Both the position numbers and the translations under genes were made by a program. A DNA stretch of 63,164 nt, counting the filler, from Klebsormidium nitens (taxonomy: Eukaryota > Plantae > Klebsormidiophyceae): NCBI GenBank assembly GCA_000708835.1. It is 7 parts of 7 records of this genome, joined end to end, with 100 filler letters (N's around TTAATTAATTAA, not from the genome) between each part and the next. Parts side by side here need not be neighbours in the genome. Positions count along the whole stretch, not along the records: positions 14,720 to 37,873 come from DF237651.1; positions 37,974 to 47,736 come from DF238078.1; 5 more parts are not named here. One strand, 5' to 3'. The first letter of the stretch is position 1. Each line of letters begins with the position of its first letter. Shown here piece after piece: positions 37,172 through 46,650 of the stretch. The notes under the pieces are model-generated. The model was not told the DNA's origin. It did not search any database and saw only the letters and a list, made by a program, of their open reading frames with translations.

Positions 37172-37596
37172 TCAAGTGACAGCAAGTCGCACACTGTTAT
37201 CAACTCCCAGTTCCTGTGCAGCTTGCTGGCGTGTGGTGGTTGGATTTTGCTGCATGTATGTTGCCAGGCTGATCATTAATAGTGGAGAGAGCCTTCTGAG
37301 GTAGGTAGTATTCAGCCCCTGGTCTTGCAGTCTAGGGCTTCTGATCCACCTCTGGAAGGTGCGCTTGGACCTCTGCAGAGATTGGCCTATAGCATCATCA
37401 TATACGCCAGAGCCAGCAGCTGCCTGAGGCTTTTTGCTCATCTTCATGGTGGCACGCCATACATACTCGGGTATGTATGGCTTGCAAGGATGCACATGGT
37501 CATATCACGACACTTTTATGATGTAATATAGGTTTGATGAATTAAAATATGTCCCAACCGGGCGGTTTTGCGCGACACTTCCGACAAAAACCGTAA
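37172..37596 (-). pseudogene. Diverged second copy of the transposon 5' end and transposase N-terminus
   Basis: MKMSKKP...DDAIGQSLQRSKRTFQRWIRSPRLQD...MQQNPTTT parallels 36248-35990. The end sequence GTCCCAACC..GCGGTTT.GCGCGACACTT occurs at both ~36381 and ~37547. Confidence 0.8.
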
Positions 37597-37740
37597 TAAT
37601 GATCGATTGTAGATAATCTGCCGTAAGAGTACGAACGTCACAGCAAAAAGTTGTCTTGGCTCCATGATTGGCCTCGTATGTTGCGAGTGCATGGGTGTCA
37701 ATGTCAATACCGACCGAATGGACCAAACCGGCTTTTACAG
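37597..37740 (-). pseudogene. C5 methyltransferase N-terminal part (motifs II-III)
   Basis: KAGLVHSVGIDIDTHALATYEANHGAKTTFCCDVRTLTADYLQSI joins in frame to KGTVIDVVVASPPC when 33305-37596 plus one TA is removed. Motif I (FxGxG) was not found upstream. Confidence 0.8.
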
Positions 37741-38232
37741 TTTGTCCAGAATAAAATGGCAGACGAGAAATCGGCGTCCGAAGGTCTCGTCCGAGAGCTT
37801 GGGAGCATCGGAGCATCCGAAAGGCATATCACAGCGGAAGCATCCGAAAGCAAGTATCCGAAACAAGTATCCGNNNNNNNNNNNNNNNNNNNNNNNNNNN
37901 NNNNNNNNNNNNNNNNNTTAATTAATTAANNNNNNNNNNNNNNNNNNNNNNNNNNNNNNNNNNNNNNNNNNNNCCGCTTATGTTGATTGCAGGGGCGATA
38001 GATAGGAGCACAGTGTCCTCGTCACTCAGATAAAAGGTGTTCTCTGATGGAATTCTCTTTATTTCGTAGACGAGCCAGTCAAGTGTATTCTGATGCTGAC
38101 CGTGAACCGCCAGCACGAGACGGCTCGTGCTGCGGGCCATCATGCCCAGGGTATCTTGAATGAGATCAAACATTTGAGAGCGGTTCATAAATGTGCTTAT
38201 ATAGTCAACTATTTTCCTAGCTCTGACGTAGG

Positions 38233-39219
38233 ATGGCAGGGGTTACAGCTTCCTCCGTTTATGCTATCACGTGCATGTTCAATCCTTGTGGATATCGTGT
38301 ACGGTCCGAGCTCCACAAGAAGTTCGCTGCACACATCGAGTCTCTCGGGATCCCACTCATAACGGCAGAGTGCGCCACAGGCGACCAGGAGTTTGTGGTG
38401 ACTCTTCCAAATGAGCCGAACCATGTGCAGGTGAGGAGCCGGTCAGCACTTTTCCTTGAGGAGAACCTTCTTAACTTGGCATTGAAGAGACTCCCCCCCT
38501 CCTGCGAGTATGTGATTTGGACGGACGACGACCTCACATTATACTCTGAGGACCTGAAGGAGAAGACCATTGATGCTCTGCAGAAGCACCCAGTCGTTCA
38601 ACTGTTTGAGACTTGCAAGGACCTCGATGCAGACGGGGACGTAATGAAGCTGCACAAGAGCTTCGCGGCGGCCTACAGGGACGGCGAGCCCCTGTTTAAG
38701 CCTGCGTTCCGTGCCCCGTGGGCTAACATGTCCCACACAGGCTACTGCTGGGCGGCGCGCCGCTCCGTGCTTGACGCTTGCGGGGGTTTTCTTGAGACAG
38801 CCATCCTTGGCAGCGCGGACGGGTTGATGGCACGCGCAGTAATCGGAGAGGTGGGAGCCGGGATCGCAAAGGGCTTGAGTGACGGATACAGTAGACCAAT
38901 TCTTGAGTGGCAAGAGCGGGTATTGAAGGCCATGGACGGAGGCACGCTGGGGTGCGTTGTAAGCGAGGTCGGACATCACTACCATGGGAGCAAAGCTTCG
39001 CGACAATACTCAACACGTGGCCAAATTCTGATCAAGCATGCATTCGATCCGAGCACGGACCTGATAAAGAACGACTATGGTGTGTGGGAGTTCAAGCACG
39101 ATCACAAGCCCAAGCTAGAAAGAGATATATGGAAATATTTTCAACAACGTCGAGAAGATGACGGAGCCAGGTTCGATGAAACCCCATTATCTCCATTCAC
39201 ACCTACTCTTGATCGGTGA
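38233..39219 (+). CDS. Putative glycosyltransferase-like protein (giant-virus type)
   Basis: EENLLNLALKRLP...YVIWTDDD (DxD-like), PVVQLFE, HTGYCWAARR...GGFLETAILGSADGLMA. Family assigned by motif resemblance only. Confidence 0.6.
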   Translation: MAGVTASSVYAITCMFNPCGYRVRSELHKKFAAHIESLGIPLITAECATGDQEFVVTLPNEPNHVQVRSRSALFLEENLLNLALKRLPPSCEYVIWTDDDLTLYSEDLKEKTIDALQKHPVVQLFETCKDLDADGDVMKLHKSFAAAYRDGEPLFKPAFRAPWANMSHTGYCWAARRSVLDACGGFLETAILGSADGLMARAVIGEVGAGIAKGLSDGYSRPILEWQERVLKAMDGGTLGCVVSEVGHHYHGSKASRQYSTRGQILIKHAFDPSTDLIKNDYGVWEFKHDHKPKLERDIWKYFQQRREDDGARFDETPLSPFTPTLDR

Positions 39220-39600
39220 TGGTACATTTGAGTAATTCATATCCTTGAAGTTCACAGATGCTAGAGGCCCGTACAGGACCAGGGCCGCCTTGTCGTATGC
39301 ATCGGCAACTTGGACCGCATCCTTGAAGGAGCCGAGATCGTAGCGCTTGCCCTTGCTAATGTATGCCCGAAACCTACCAGTCATCTTATTCTTACAGACA
39401 CCCTTGTACTCGCAAGAAAAATCGTCAATATGCTAGTCGATTGCAGATACTCATCAAGCATTCGTTTGACCCGTACAAGGATCTCGTCAAGAATGAGGAC
39501 GGTGTGTGGGAGTTGCCCGACCACAAGGCAGCGCTGGCAAGAGATATGTTGAAGTTCTTCTACAATCGCCGCGAGGACGACGGACTCATGGATGAACCTC
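39187..39600. pseudogene. AP2-domain fragment (minus strand) followed by a duplicated fragment of the glycosyltransferase C-terminus (plus strand)
   Basis: FRAYISKGKRYDLGSFKDAVQVADAYDKAAL (AP2). RLQILIKHSFDPYKDLVKNEDGVWE...RREDDG parallels RGQILIKHAFDPSTDLIKNDYGVWE...RREDDG. Confidence 0.65.
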
Positions 39601-39602
39601 CA

Positions 39603-41156
39603 CTACCCGGAAAACTCCTTCAAAGATAGGCCCACATAGCCCCGGCAGCGCTTCGAGTTGCGAATAAACTCCTTTGCCCTGAATTGCTTGTGCATAAACA
39701 CTCCGACACGTCTCATGCTGAGGACATCTTCGCTCTCGTTTGTGATGGCCAGCAGACGATCGCGGAAATCTTTCGAAGTAACATACTTTGACTTTTCAAG
39801 GATGCAGTGCTCTTCGATGAAGCGGCTGATCAAACCCTCTGCATAAGCTGCAATGGTGGTCTGTGCCCCCTCTGTCACTGTGCCCTCTCCATCCTCCTGA
39901 ATTTCGGGTGTAACCTCCTGAAGCTCAGGAATAGTATCAACATGGGGAACTTGAGCAAGCTCCTGAGCCCCGTGAAGCTCATGGGTCTCACTTGCCTCCT
40001 CGTCCACAGGCTCTTCAACATCAGGGGCGATCAAGGGCTCTGTCACTTCTGGCACAAAATCCTCTGTGGCACTGTGCTCACTTGCATCAAGCAAAGACTC
40101 CCCGTACTGTGTAACAATCTGAAGTCCCTCTGTCATCTGAGCATCCCCTGCCTCGGTGGCAGTGACGAGTCTCGTCCTTCTCCCGGTCTGCTTCGGAGCG
40201 CACTTGAGCCTCAGCTCTTCCATCTTCAGTTCATGATCTAACTCCGCCAGTCGCACTTTGGCCTGAATGTCAGCTTGCCGGGTCTTCTCCTTGGCTAGCA
40301 AGACCTCCTTGCTCTTCTCGTCGTTGGAAGAGCCTCCAACGTAAAGGTGTTGAATCGTATTTTGTGTCTTGTGAGCCGCCCGCTCTGCAATTGCTAGGAC
40401 AATGCCCTTGTCGACGTGATCAGGTAGGCGGATAATCTCTCTGTGCACAGTACCCCCAATCTCAACCTCTTGGTGGATCTCTTTTATCAGCGGGTCACCC
40501 TTGAAGGTATCCTCTGCATCGCGCGGCCGATCAGCCTTCCATGCCATCTCCAGCCTATACGAATAAGGAGGCTTGAAGTGATTCCGGTGGGCCAGATTGC
40601 GCTTTGGGAGGTTGGTGCTGCAGCCGTACTTGTACAGCTTCGAAGTCTCGTGGATGCAAGCGAGATACAGACAGCCCTGCCCCTCGAACAGCAACTCAAG
40701 CGCCTTCTCACGCGACAGTTGTTGGCTTGGGGGGGTGGTAGTTAACTCCACGTATGCGTCCCGAATGGCCCTGAAGAATGCTCTGACCCGGTCGCCGGCC
40801 TCTGTGCGTGCCTCCATTGCAAAATTCTCGAACGCATCAGTCGTCAAGTAGTACTTGTCAGGGGCTGGCCCCTTCCGAGGTACCTCCACACTCGGTGGGG
40901 AGTAAGCTGAGCTGCCGTCAACAAACGTGTAATCGGTGTTCTCCGTAAAATGGGCCTTTAGGGTACGGAGAGCACTATCCTTCCTCCCATACTGCAGCCA
41001 CACGTGTGCTTCATCGAAATCAATCGGGAAGCGCTGACCCTTGTCGTCAAAGGCCTTTACAAACACGGAAGCTAGCTGCTGGTAGCCCTCCAACTGACTC
41101 ACATCGATCGCATGAACACGGGAGTGTCCCAAGACACGGCTCGTCAAGCTTGCCAT
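39603..41156 (-). CDS. AntA/MSV199-like N-terminal domain + GIY-YIG/T5orf172-like domain + D5-like C-terminal winged helix
   Basis: FPIDFDEAHVWLQYGRKDSALRTL...TDY...YYLTTDAFENFAM; CLYLACI...YKYGCSTNLPKR; C-terminal RFIEEHC...VTSKDF...RGYVGLSLK. Confidence 0.65.
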   Translation of the reverse strand: MASLTSRVLGHSRVHAIDVSQLEGYQQLASVFVKAFDDKGQRFPIDFDEAHVWLQYGRKDSALRTLKAHFTENTDYTFVDGSSAYSPPSVEVPRKGPAPDKYYLTTDAFENFAMEARTEAGDRVRAFFRAIRDAYVELTTTPPSQQLSREKALELLFEGQGCLYLACIHETSKLYKYGCSTNLPKRNLAHRNHFKPPYSYRLEMAWKADRPRDAEDTFKGDPLIKEIHQEVEIGGTVHREIIRLPDHVDKGIVLAIAERAAHKTQNTIQHLYVGGSSNDEKSKEVLLAKEKTRQADIQAKVRLAELDHELKMEELRLKCAPKQTGRRTRLVTATEAGDAQMTEGLQIVTQYGESLLDASEHSATEDFVPEVTEPLIAPDVEEPVDEEASETHELHGAQELAQVPHVDTIPELQEVTPEIQEDGEGTVTEGAQTTIAAYAEGLISRFIEEHCILEKSKYVTSKDFRDRLLAITNESEDVLSMRRVGVFMHKQFRAKEFIRNSKRCRGYVGLSLKEFSG

Positions 41157-41439
41157 GGTGGCTGAAACAGTGCAATATACAACATACGCTTGTCCCTAAG
41201 TAAGAACGTACGCGATGTGCATCCACGTAACCGGTGCAATGGCCGCGGTGAGATCGCGCGCGACACGTCGGCCGCGAAGAGTTGCGAGGGATCCCTTCCG
41301 GAGCGATACGTGAGGGTAAGCCGCCCGCGACAAAGTTTTGAGGGATCCCTCCGGTGCGCGATAACAAGGGTACGCCGCCCGCGATAGAGAAGCGGGAGCC
41401 GCGCGCGATGTTGTGGTTTGTCTATGCACCCACTGAACA

Positions 41440-42300
41440 CCATCGATTTGGAATCTCACACCGTCCGATTCACTCGGTACTGGAGATCCCCCGTGCTTGA
41501 TGGGCAGGCACCCAAAACGTGGATTCGAACTTCGAAAGCAGGCACCCATCTAAAAAAACGTCGAATTGCGCCGCCGATATTCTAATATGTGCTGCAATGT
41601 CACTGGTTCTTCGGTAACCGGAGATCTTCAGTGCTTGAAGGGCAGGCACCCACTAAAAAGTGCTGACATAGGAACGGGACGGCTGACACCACCTTAAACC
41701 CGTCCATATTGGACGGAAAAGCCGGCACCCACTCAAACCGTGAATTCTAAATTCGAAGGCAGGCACCACATAACACCGTCGATTTGCACAGCCGTCCGAT
41801 ACATAAAAAGTAATATTTGCTGCTACGTTGTTGGTTTCTTCGATACCGGAGATCCCCCATGCTTAAAGGGCAGGCACCCACCAAAACCGTCGATATTGGA
41901 TGGAAAGGCTGGCAACCCGTGGAATTGCAACACTCGAACTTGGAAGGCAAGCACCCATCTGTCACCGTTGAATTGCACAGCCGGACCGTCCGATATTTTA
42001 ATATATGCTGCAATGTTACTGGCTTATACGGTCCCGGAGATCCTCTGTACTCGAGGGCAGGCACCCATCTTACACCGTGAAATTGCACAAGCGTACCGTC
42101 CGATATTCGAAATGTGCTGCAATCTTATTGGTTTCTCCGGTACCGGAGATCATCTATGCTTAAAGGGTAGGCACCCATCTTACACCGTCGACTTGAACAT
42201 CCAAACCGTCCGATAAAGTCGTTTGTGTGACAATGTCACGTGTTTAGACGTTCCAGAAGATCCTCCGTAATTCAAAGGCAGGCACCCACTGGACACCGTC
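41440..42300. repeat. Degenerate modular satellite at the right edge of the viral block
   Basis: Recurrent GGCAGGCACCCA (about ten copies or variants), CCGTCCGATA, GCTGCAAT and ACCGGAGATC modules. Confidence 0.8.
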
Positions 42301-42410
42301 GATCTGCACAGCTGTACTCCGGCGTGTAGCTTAAAACCGCGGAGTTAAACTGCAGATTTGCTTACAGTGTGATTACTTAAAACTGTCTTGAGGGAAGCAG
42401 TGCCAGCTAG

Positions 42411-43127
42411 ATGGACCTTGAATCGCCGAAGTCTCACAGGCAGGTAATGTTGGTGTTGAAATTCCTCCAAGATGGCCGCTTCCTTGTGGTTCTGGGCATA
42501 CAAGATTTGTGCTTATACTCGCCCCTTGCCCTCTTCGGACTCTGCAAACTGGGGAGCATCTACTTCCCTCCAGCTGCGATGGATTGGGCGGCTGTTCGCT
42601 TGAGGTATAAGCTTGGCGCTGAGGCGCAGCCTCACTCGCAGTTCTGGGATGAAGCTGGGAACTTGCATGACTCATCTGGGGCTACAGGGTCTCGGTGTAC
42701 GCAATGTTTATCTCCATCAACTAACATGAGGGGGGAGGCACAGATGGATGCGGGGTTGCGAGCATACATCCAGCAACTGAAGGGGGAACTGATCGCTGAA
42801 AGACGAGCTGCGGACGAGCGATTGAAGGAATGCCATGCTTTCCTTCGTCAGCAGTTGGCGTGGCAGAAGGAGTCTTTTGAGAGGCAGAGGGAGGATCACG
42901 TGCGGAACTTGCGGTCGGTGATTGCGGAAAGGGATGCCATCCAGGCGGAGGCTAATGCGTACAAAGAGCGAGTGAATGGTGAATTGCTGCAGCTCAAGTC
43001 TCAAGTGACACTGGTTCAACGGATGATGCTTTGGGCGAGAATTGTTGACATGGAATGCCCCAATGTAACACCACAGTCTGTTTTAACTGTTAGCGGGGTA
43101 GAGGGTGAGGGGTCCTCGTCTGTGTAA
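42411..43127 (+). CDS. Hypothetical coiled-coil protein
   Basis: 238-aa ORF whose C-terminal half is heptad-like (AYIQQLKGELIAERRAADERLKE...); start uncertain. Confidence 0.35.
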   Translation: MDLESPKSHRQVMLVLKFLQDGRFLVVLGIQDLCLYSPLALFGLCKLGSIYFPPAAMDWAAVRLRYKLGAEAQPHSQFWDEAGNLHDSSGATGSRCTQCLSPSTNMRGEAQMDAGLRAYIQQLKGELIAERRAADERLKECHAFLRQQLAWQKESFERQREDHVRNLRSVIAERDAIQAEANAYKERVNGELLQLKSQVTLVQRMMLWARIVDMECPNVTPQSVLTVSGVEGEGSSSV

Positions 43128-43912
43128 CTGGCGCTGCTGCTGCCTGCTGCCTGCTGCCTGATGGTTTCCTATAGTTTTAGCTGACAAGAGATCAGTAGGG
43201 TTCCAGTTTAGGGCTTATTTAGTCTCTCTCTGCACGTCGTGGATTGTACCCTAAAAACACTTGTTCTGTAGTTTCAAGGCTTTCCTACACGCATACGCGG
43301 AGCGCAAGGCTTTTCCAAGCTTGCCCCTATAGAGGCTAAGTCGACATATTTTGTTTTCACAGACCTTTGGAAATTTGCTTGTTATCCGCGTATGCGCGCA
43401 GCGTCCTCAGCGATGATCATGTTCTGGTTTGATCCTCTTGTTGATCTGATTTTGATAACAGAGTGTAAGCGGTGACCATGGTAGAGATTATACGGAGCAT
43501 ATACCATAAAGCCTGGAGCCTGGTAGCCAAAAAGAAAATCCGTCTTCCTCTTCCTCCAGAACCGCTCGAACGTTCGTCGTCTTTTGTCGTGGGCGGTGAC
43601 CCTATTTTATATCATCAAAGGCGAATATTGGATAGTAATCTGTAAAGGGCAGTTCATGCTCTAGGTTCCTCAATCATAGGTTCAACCTCTCCCTTGTCAA
43701 AAACATGCTTTTCTTTTGGAGCAACAGCTGAGACTATGTCATGGTATCACAATGAAGCCCCGGCTTCAGGCTTCAGGTCCATCAGTTCCTTTATCAGTCA
43801 CTAATCAAGTATGTGCCATGCCACTATGTATATCTTATAGAGGATGCTTTCGTATTGCCTGTGTATGTGCCGCGGAGGAGACCATCCCCTCCTGCTTTGT
43901 CCTATGAGTACC

Positions 43913-44427
43913 TTGTAGTTGACAGTCGACACAGATGAACAGGAGCACAAGCAATTTGAAAGCCTTCTCTATATGACGTAACTCTGCATTTTCATTCTGA
44001 CCAAACCTTTTGAAAATTGCATGTTATCCGTGTATATGCGCGGAGGCCATACCCTCTATTTTGCTTTATAATCAATGACATACTAGCCATCCCTATATTG
44101 ATATTTTGTAGTTGACAGTCGACACAGATGAACAGGAGCACAAGCAATTTGAAAGCCTTCTCTATATGGTGTAACTCTGCATTTTCATTCTGACCAAGCC
44201 TTTTGAAAACTGCATGTTATCCGTGTATATGCGCGGAGGCCATACCCTCTATTTTGCTTTATAATCAATGACATACTAGCCATCCCTATATTGATATCTT
44301 GTAGTTGACAGTCGACACAGATGAACAGGAGCACAAGCAATTTGAAAGCCTTCTCTATATATTGTAACTCTGCATTTTCATTCTGACCAGACCTTTTGAA
44401 AATTGCCTGTTATCCGTGTATATGCGC
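43913..44427. repeat. 193-bp tandem repeat, ~2.7 near-identical copies
   Basis: TTGTAGTTGACAGTCGACACAGATGAACAGGAGCACAAGC starts at 43913, 44106 and 44299. A diverged partial copy lies near 43340-43400. Confidence 0.9.
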
Positions 44428-44577
44428 TCTATAATCGATATAATGAATAACTTGATGGTCTTTTTCAGATTGGAGAAATGAGTTGGAGACAGGGTGGTCG
44501 AGCTGAAACGAACTATGCTGTCCCCATCCATGCTGTCCCCTTTGCCAGATTCACTTTGTGCAAGTCCACTCAGACCT

Positions 44578-45720
44578 TTATACGAGACTTGCAATGGACG
44601 ATAAGTATATGTATCTACAAAACCTCCATTTCCATGGATTTCGAATCTTATCACAACCAAGGCAATTTGCAGACAGCCCTATCTTTCCAGCCAAGTCACC
44701 AGGTATCGACCATCTCTTGAGCACGCACGCGAGCGCCACCTGCCTACGGTAGACTTCCTGGGCACGTGCCCTCGACTCCGGGTCCAAGCACTCTTTCTGT
44801 GTGCGCGCGTACCTTGCGCACCTGGGTCCCGGGACAGAGAGGCCGGGTCTTAGAACCCTGCCAAACTGGCCCCCCTTCAGCAGCACCTTGAATAGCTCCA
44901 GCTGGTCCTCGCGCAAAACCTTGGAACAGAACTCCTTGCTAAGGTGGAGGTCTGGCAGCTTCTCGAGGTACTGGGCCACCCTCTCCTGGTGTCCAGAGCT
45001 CGCGGCCTTGAAGAGACGTAACTCGAAATCATCCCGAATCCGCCTCGCGTTTGCACCCCCTTCTTCCAAAAAGGAGAGCACCTCCCAATGCCCCCCTCCG
45101 AGCGCCATGCGAGCACAGGCGTGGGCGTTCATCAGACAGGAAGGGCCCTGCGCTCTCGCCCAGCGCAGCACGTGCAAGTGTTCAGCTTGAACTGCAACCG
45201 CACACACCGTAGCATCCCACTGCAAGCTGGGAATGTGCGACCAACCCCACTGTAGAGCCCTCAGCTGACCCAATGATGCCGCCGTCAGACAAAATCTCCT
45301 TGGGCACCGTTTTGCCACATACTCTGCCATCAGGTGGTTCCCACTTTCTGCAGAATCTACTGCAAGGTATGCAACATTGTCAATTGATTTAATTGACCAG
45401 GGGCATGGTGGCTTCTGGGATAGCATCCATGCCAGCATGTCTGACCTGCCACTGAAAATTGCCGTATTGCTCACAGTCTCATCCCAATGCAGGGGAGGGT
45501 CTAGGGAGCAGGCCCACTTCAGACCATCTAAAGAACCTGCAATAACGGCGGCACTGCAGCAATGCCTGGCTATTTCATTGTCACGCTCCACAATCAGCTC
45601 TATTACAGCGTGCTGGCGATTGTGAAACAAGCGGGCCAACTCCCCTAGCCGCTCCTTCAACGGTCTATCTTTGTGGAAGCCCCCCTGCCTGATGCTGTTG
45701 CTCAGCTCGGTGTCATCCAT
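44578..45720 (-). CDS. Ankyrin-repeat protein of the alga/pandoravirus type
   Basis: Repeats such as CSAAVIAGSLDGLKWA, CAVAVQAEHLHVLRWARAQG and WD..V/CPW spacers. 380 aa, intronless. Confidence 0.7.
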   Translation of the reverse strand: MDDTELSNSIRQGGFHKDRPLKERLGELARLFHNRQHAVIELIVERDNEIARHCCSAAVIAGSLDGLKWACSLDPPLHWDETVSNTAIFSGRSDMLAWMLSQKPPCPWSIKSIDNVAYLAVDSAESGNHLMAEYVAKRCPRRFCLTAASLGQLRALQWGWSHIPSLQWDATVCAVAVQAEHLHVLRWARAQGPSCLMNAHACARMALGGGHWEVLSFLEEGGANARRIRDDFELRLFKAASSGHQERVAQYLEKLPDLHLSKEFCSKVLREDQLELFKVLLKGGQFGRVLRPGLSVPGPRCARYARTQKECLDPESRARAQEVYRRQVALACVLKRWSIPGDLAGKIGLSANCLGCDKIRNPWKWRFCRYIYLSSIASLV

Positions 45721-46172
45721 TCATCTTGCAACTGCCTGCGAAACCCTAAACTACTCAGCTGGCGCTAGTCCTGAGATCTTCTGAAAACCACAGTAAGGTT
45801 GGGGGGGTGCAATGCCAACGAAATATGCCTACCGAGTTTCGGCCACAATGCCACAATCCTGCAGCATCAGCCTCCGCTGCATTACCATCAGACAGGAAGC
45901 ATTGTGAAGCAGCCCAACCTTCAATGCAAAGCGGTGCCTCTTGGGACTGGCACATATACACATGGGCGCCGGTAACGGCCCGAAGTTCGGCGCAGGTCTG
46001 CTGCAGTCTGTAATCCAAACGAGCTGCATAGCGCAACGTAAGGGAAGCGGCCGCGCCAAGGGTGTTGCGGAACTTGCAGTGCACATGGTATCCACGTGGC
46101 AGACATCACGACTCCGGGTTGCAATTTGGCACGTGTGCTACCGAAGCTACCGGAACATAGTATGTACGTACG

Positions 46173-46650
46173 TATTCGTCACTTTCCTTGGAAGAAACAG
46201 AATCGTACTACACCTACTGTTATAATTTTCTTACACAAAAGTCGGTATATACATATTCGCTACTTTCCTTGGAACAAACAGAATCGTACTACACCTACTG
46301 TTATAATTTTCTTACACAAAAGTCGGTATATACATATTCGCTACTCCTTTGAAAGCAAAGGTTAACACACTATGCGTACTGTTATAAGAATCCCCCACAC
46401 ACTGTGTGTATTTTTTATAACAGTAGTGTAGTACGGCTTTTCGGACATCTGGGGAGGTTGAGGAATCTGTATGTATGTACTCTCTCATATCCGAACCGAA
46501 AGGGCGGGCGCCCTTCACCCTCATCTGAGCAAAACCCTTATCCCTAAGTGCCAACTCTGCAGAAAATGTGTGTAATTTTTATAACAGTAGTGTAGTACGA
46601 CTTTTCGGACATCTGGGGAGGTTGAGGAATCTGTATGTATGTACTCTCTC
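46173..46650. repeat. 81-bp direct repeats followed by inverted copies of the same core
   Basis: 81-bp period at 46173/46254/46335. The core CGTACTACAC(C)TACTGTTATAA recurs as its reverse complement at ~46415 and ~46578, within a second duplicated ~85-bp unit. Confidence 0.8.

Larger units (their letters stand above)
33305..37596 (-). mobile_element. IS630/Tc1-mariner composite transposon carrying Fanzor1
   Basis: TA duplication at 33303-33304 and 37597-37598. Imperfect TIRs TTACCATTTTCGCCCAAACTGTCGC / TTACGGTTTTTGTCGGAAGTGTCGC (18/25 identical). Contains a DDE transposase, Fanzor, a cargo ORF and a duplicated transposon 5' end. Confidence 0.9.
17100..41400. mobile_element. Endogenous giant-virus (Nucleocytoviricota) element fragment
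   Basis: Compact, mostly intronless cluster with a double-jelly-roll MCP, SF2 helicase, SET, HNH/AP2/NUMOD endonucleases, Bro-N, AntA/MSV199-like, SWIM-RING, glycosyltransferase-like and C5-MTase genes. It is contiguous (no gap) with a host-type retroelement on the left and with satellite/ankyrin DNA on the right. Boundaries are approximate. Confidence 0.9.
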
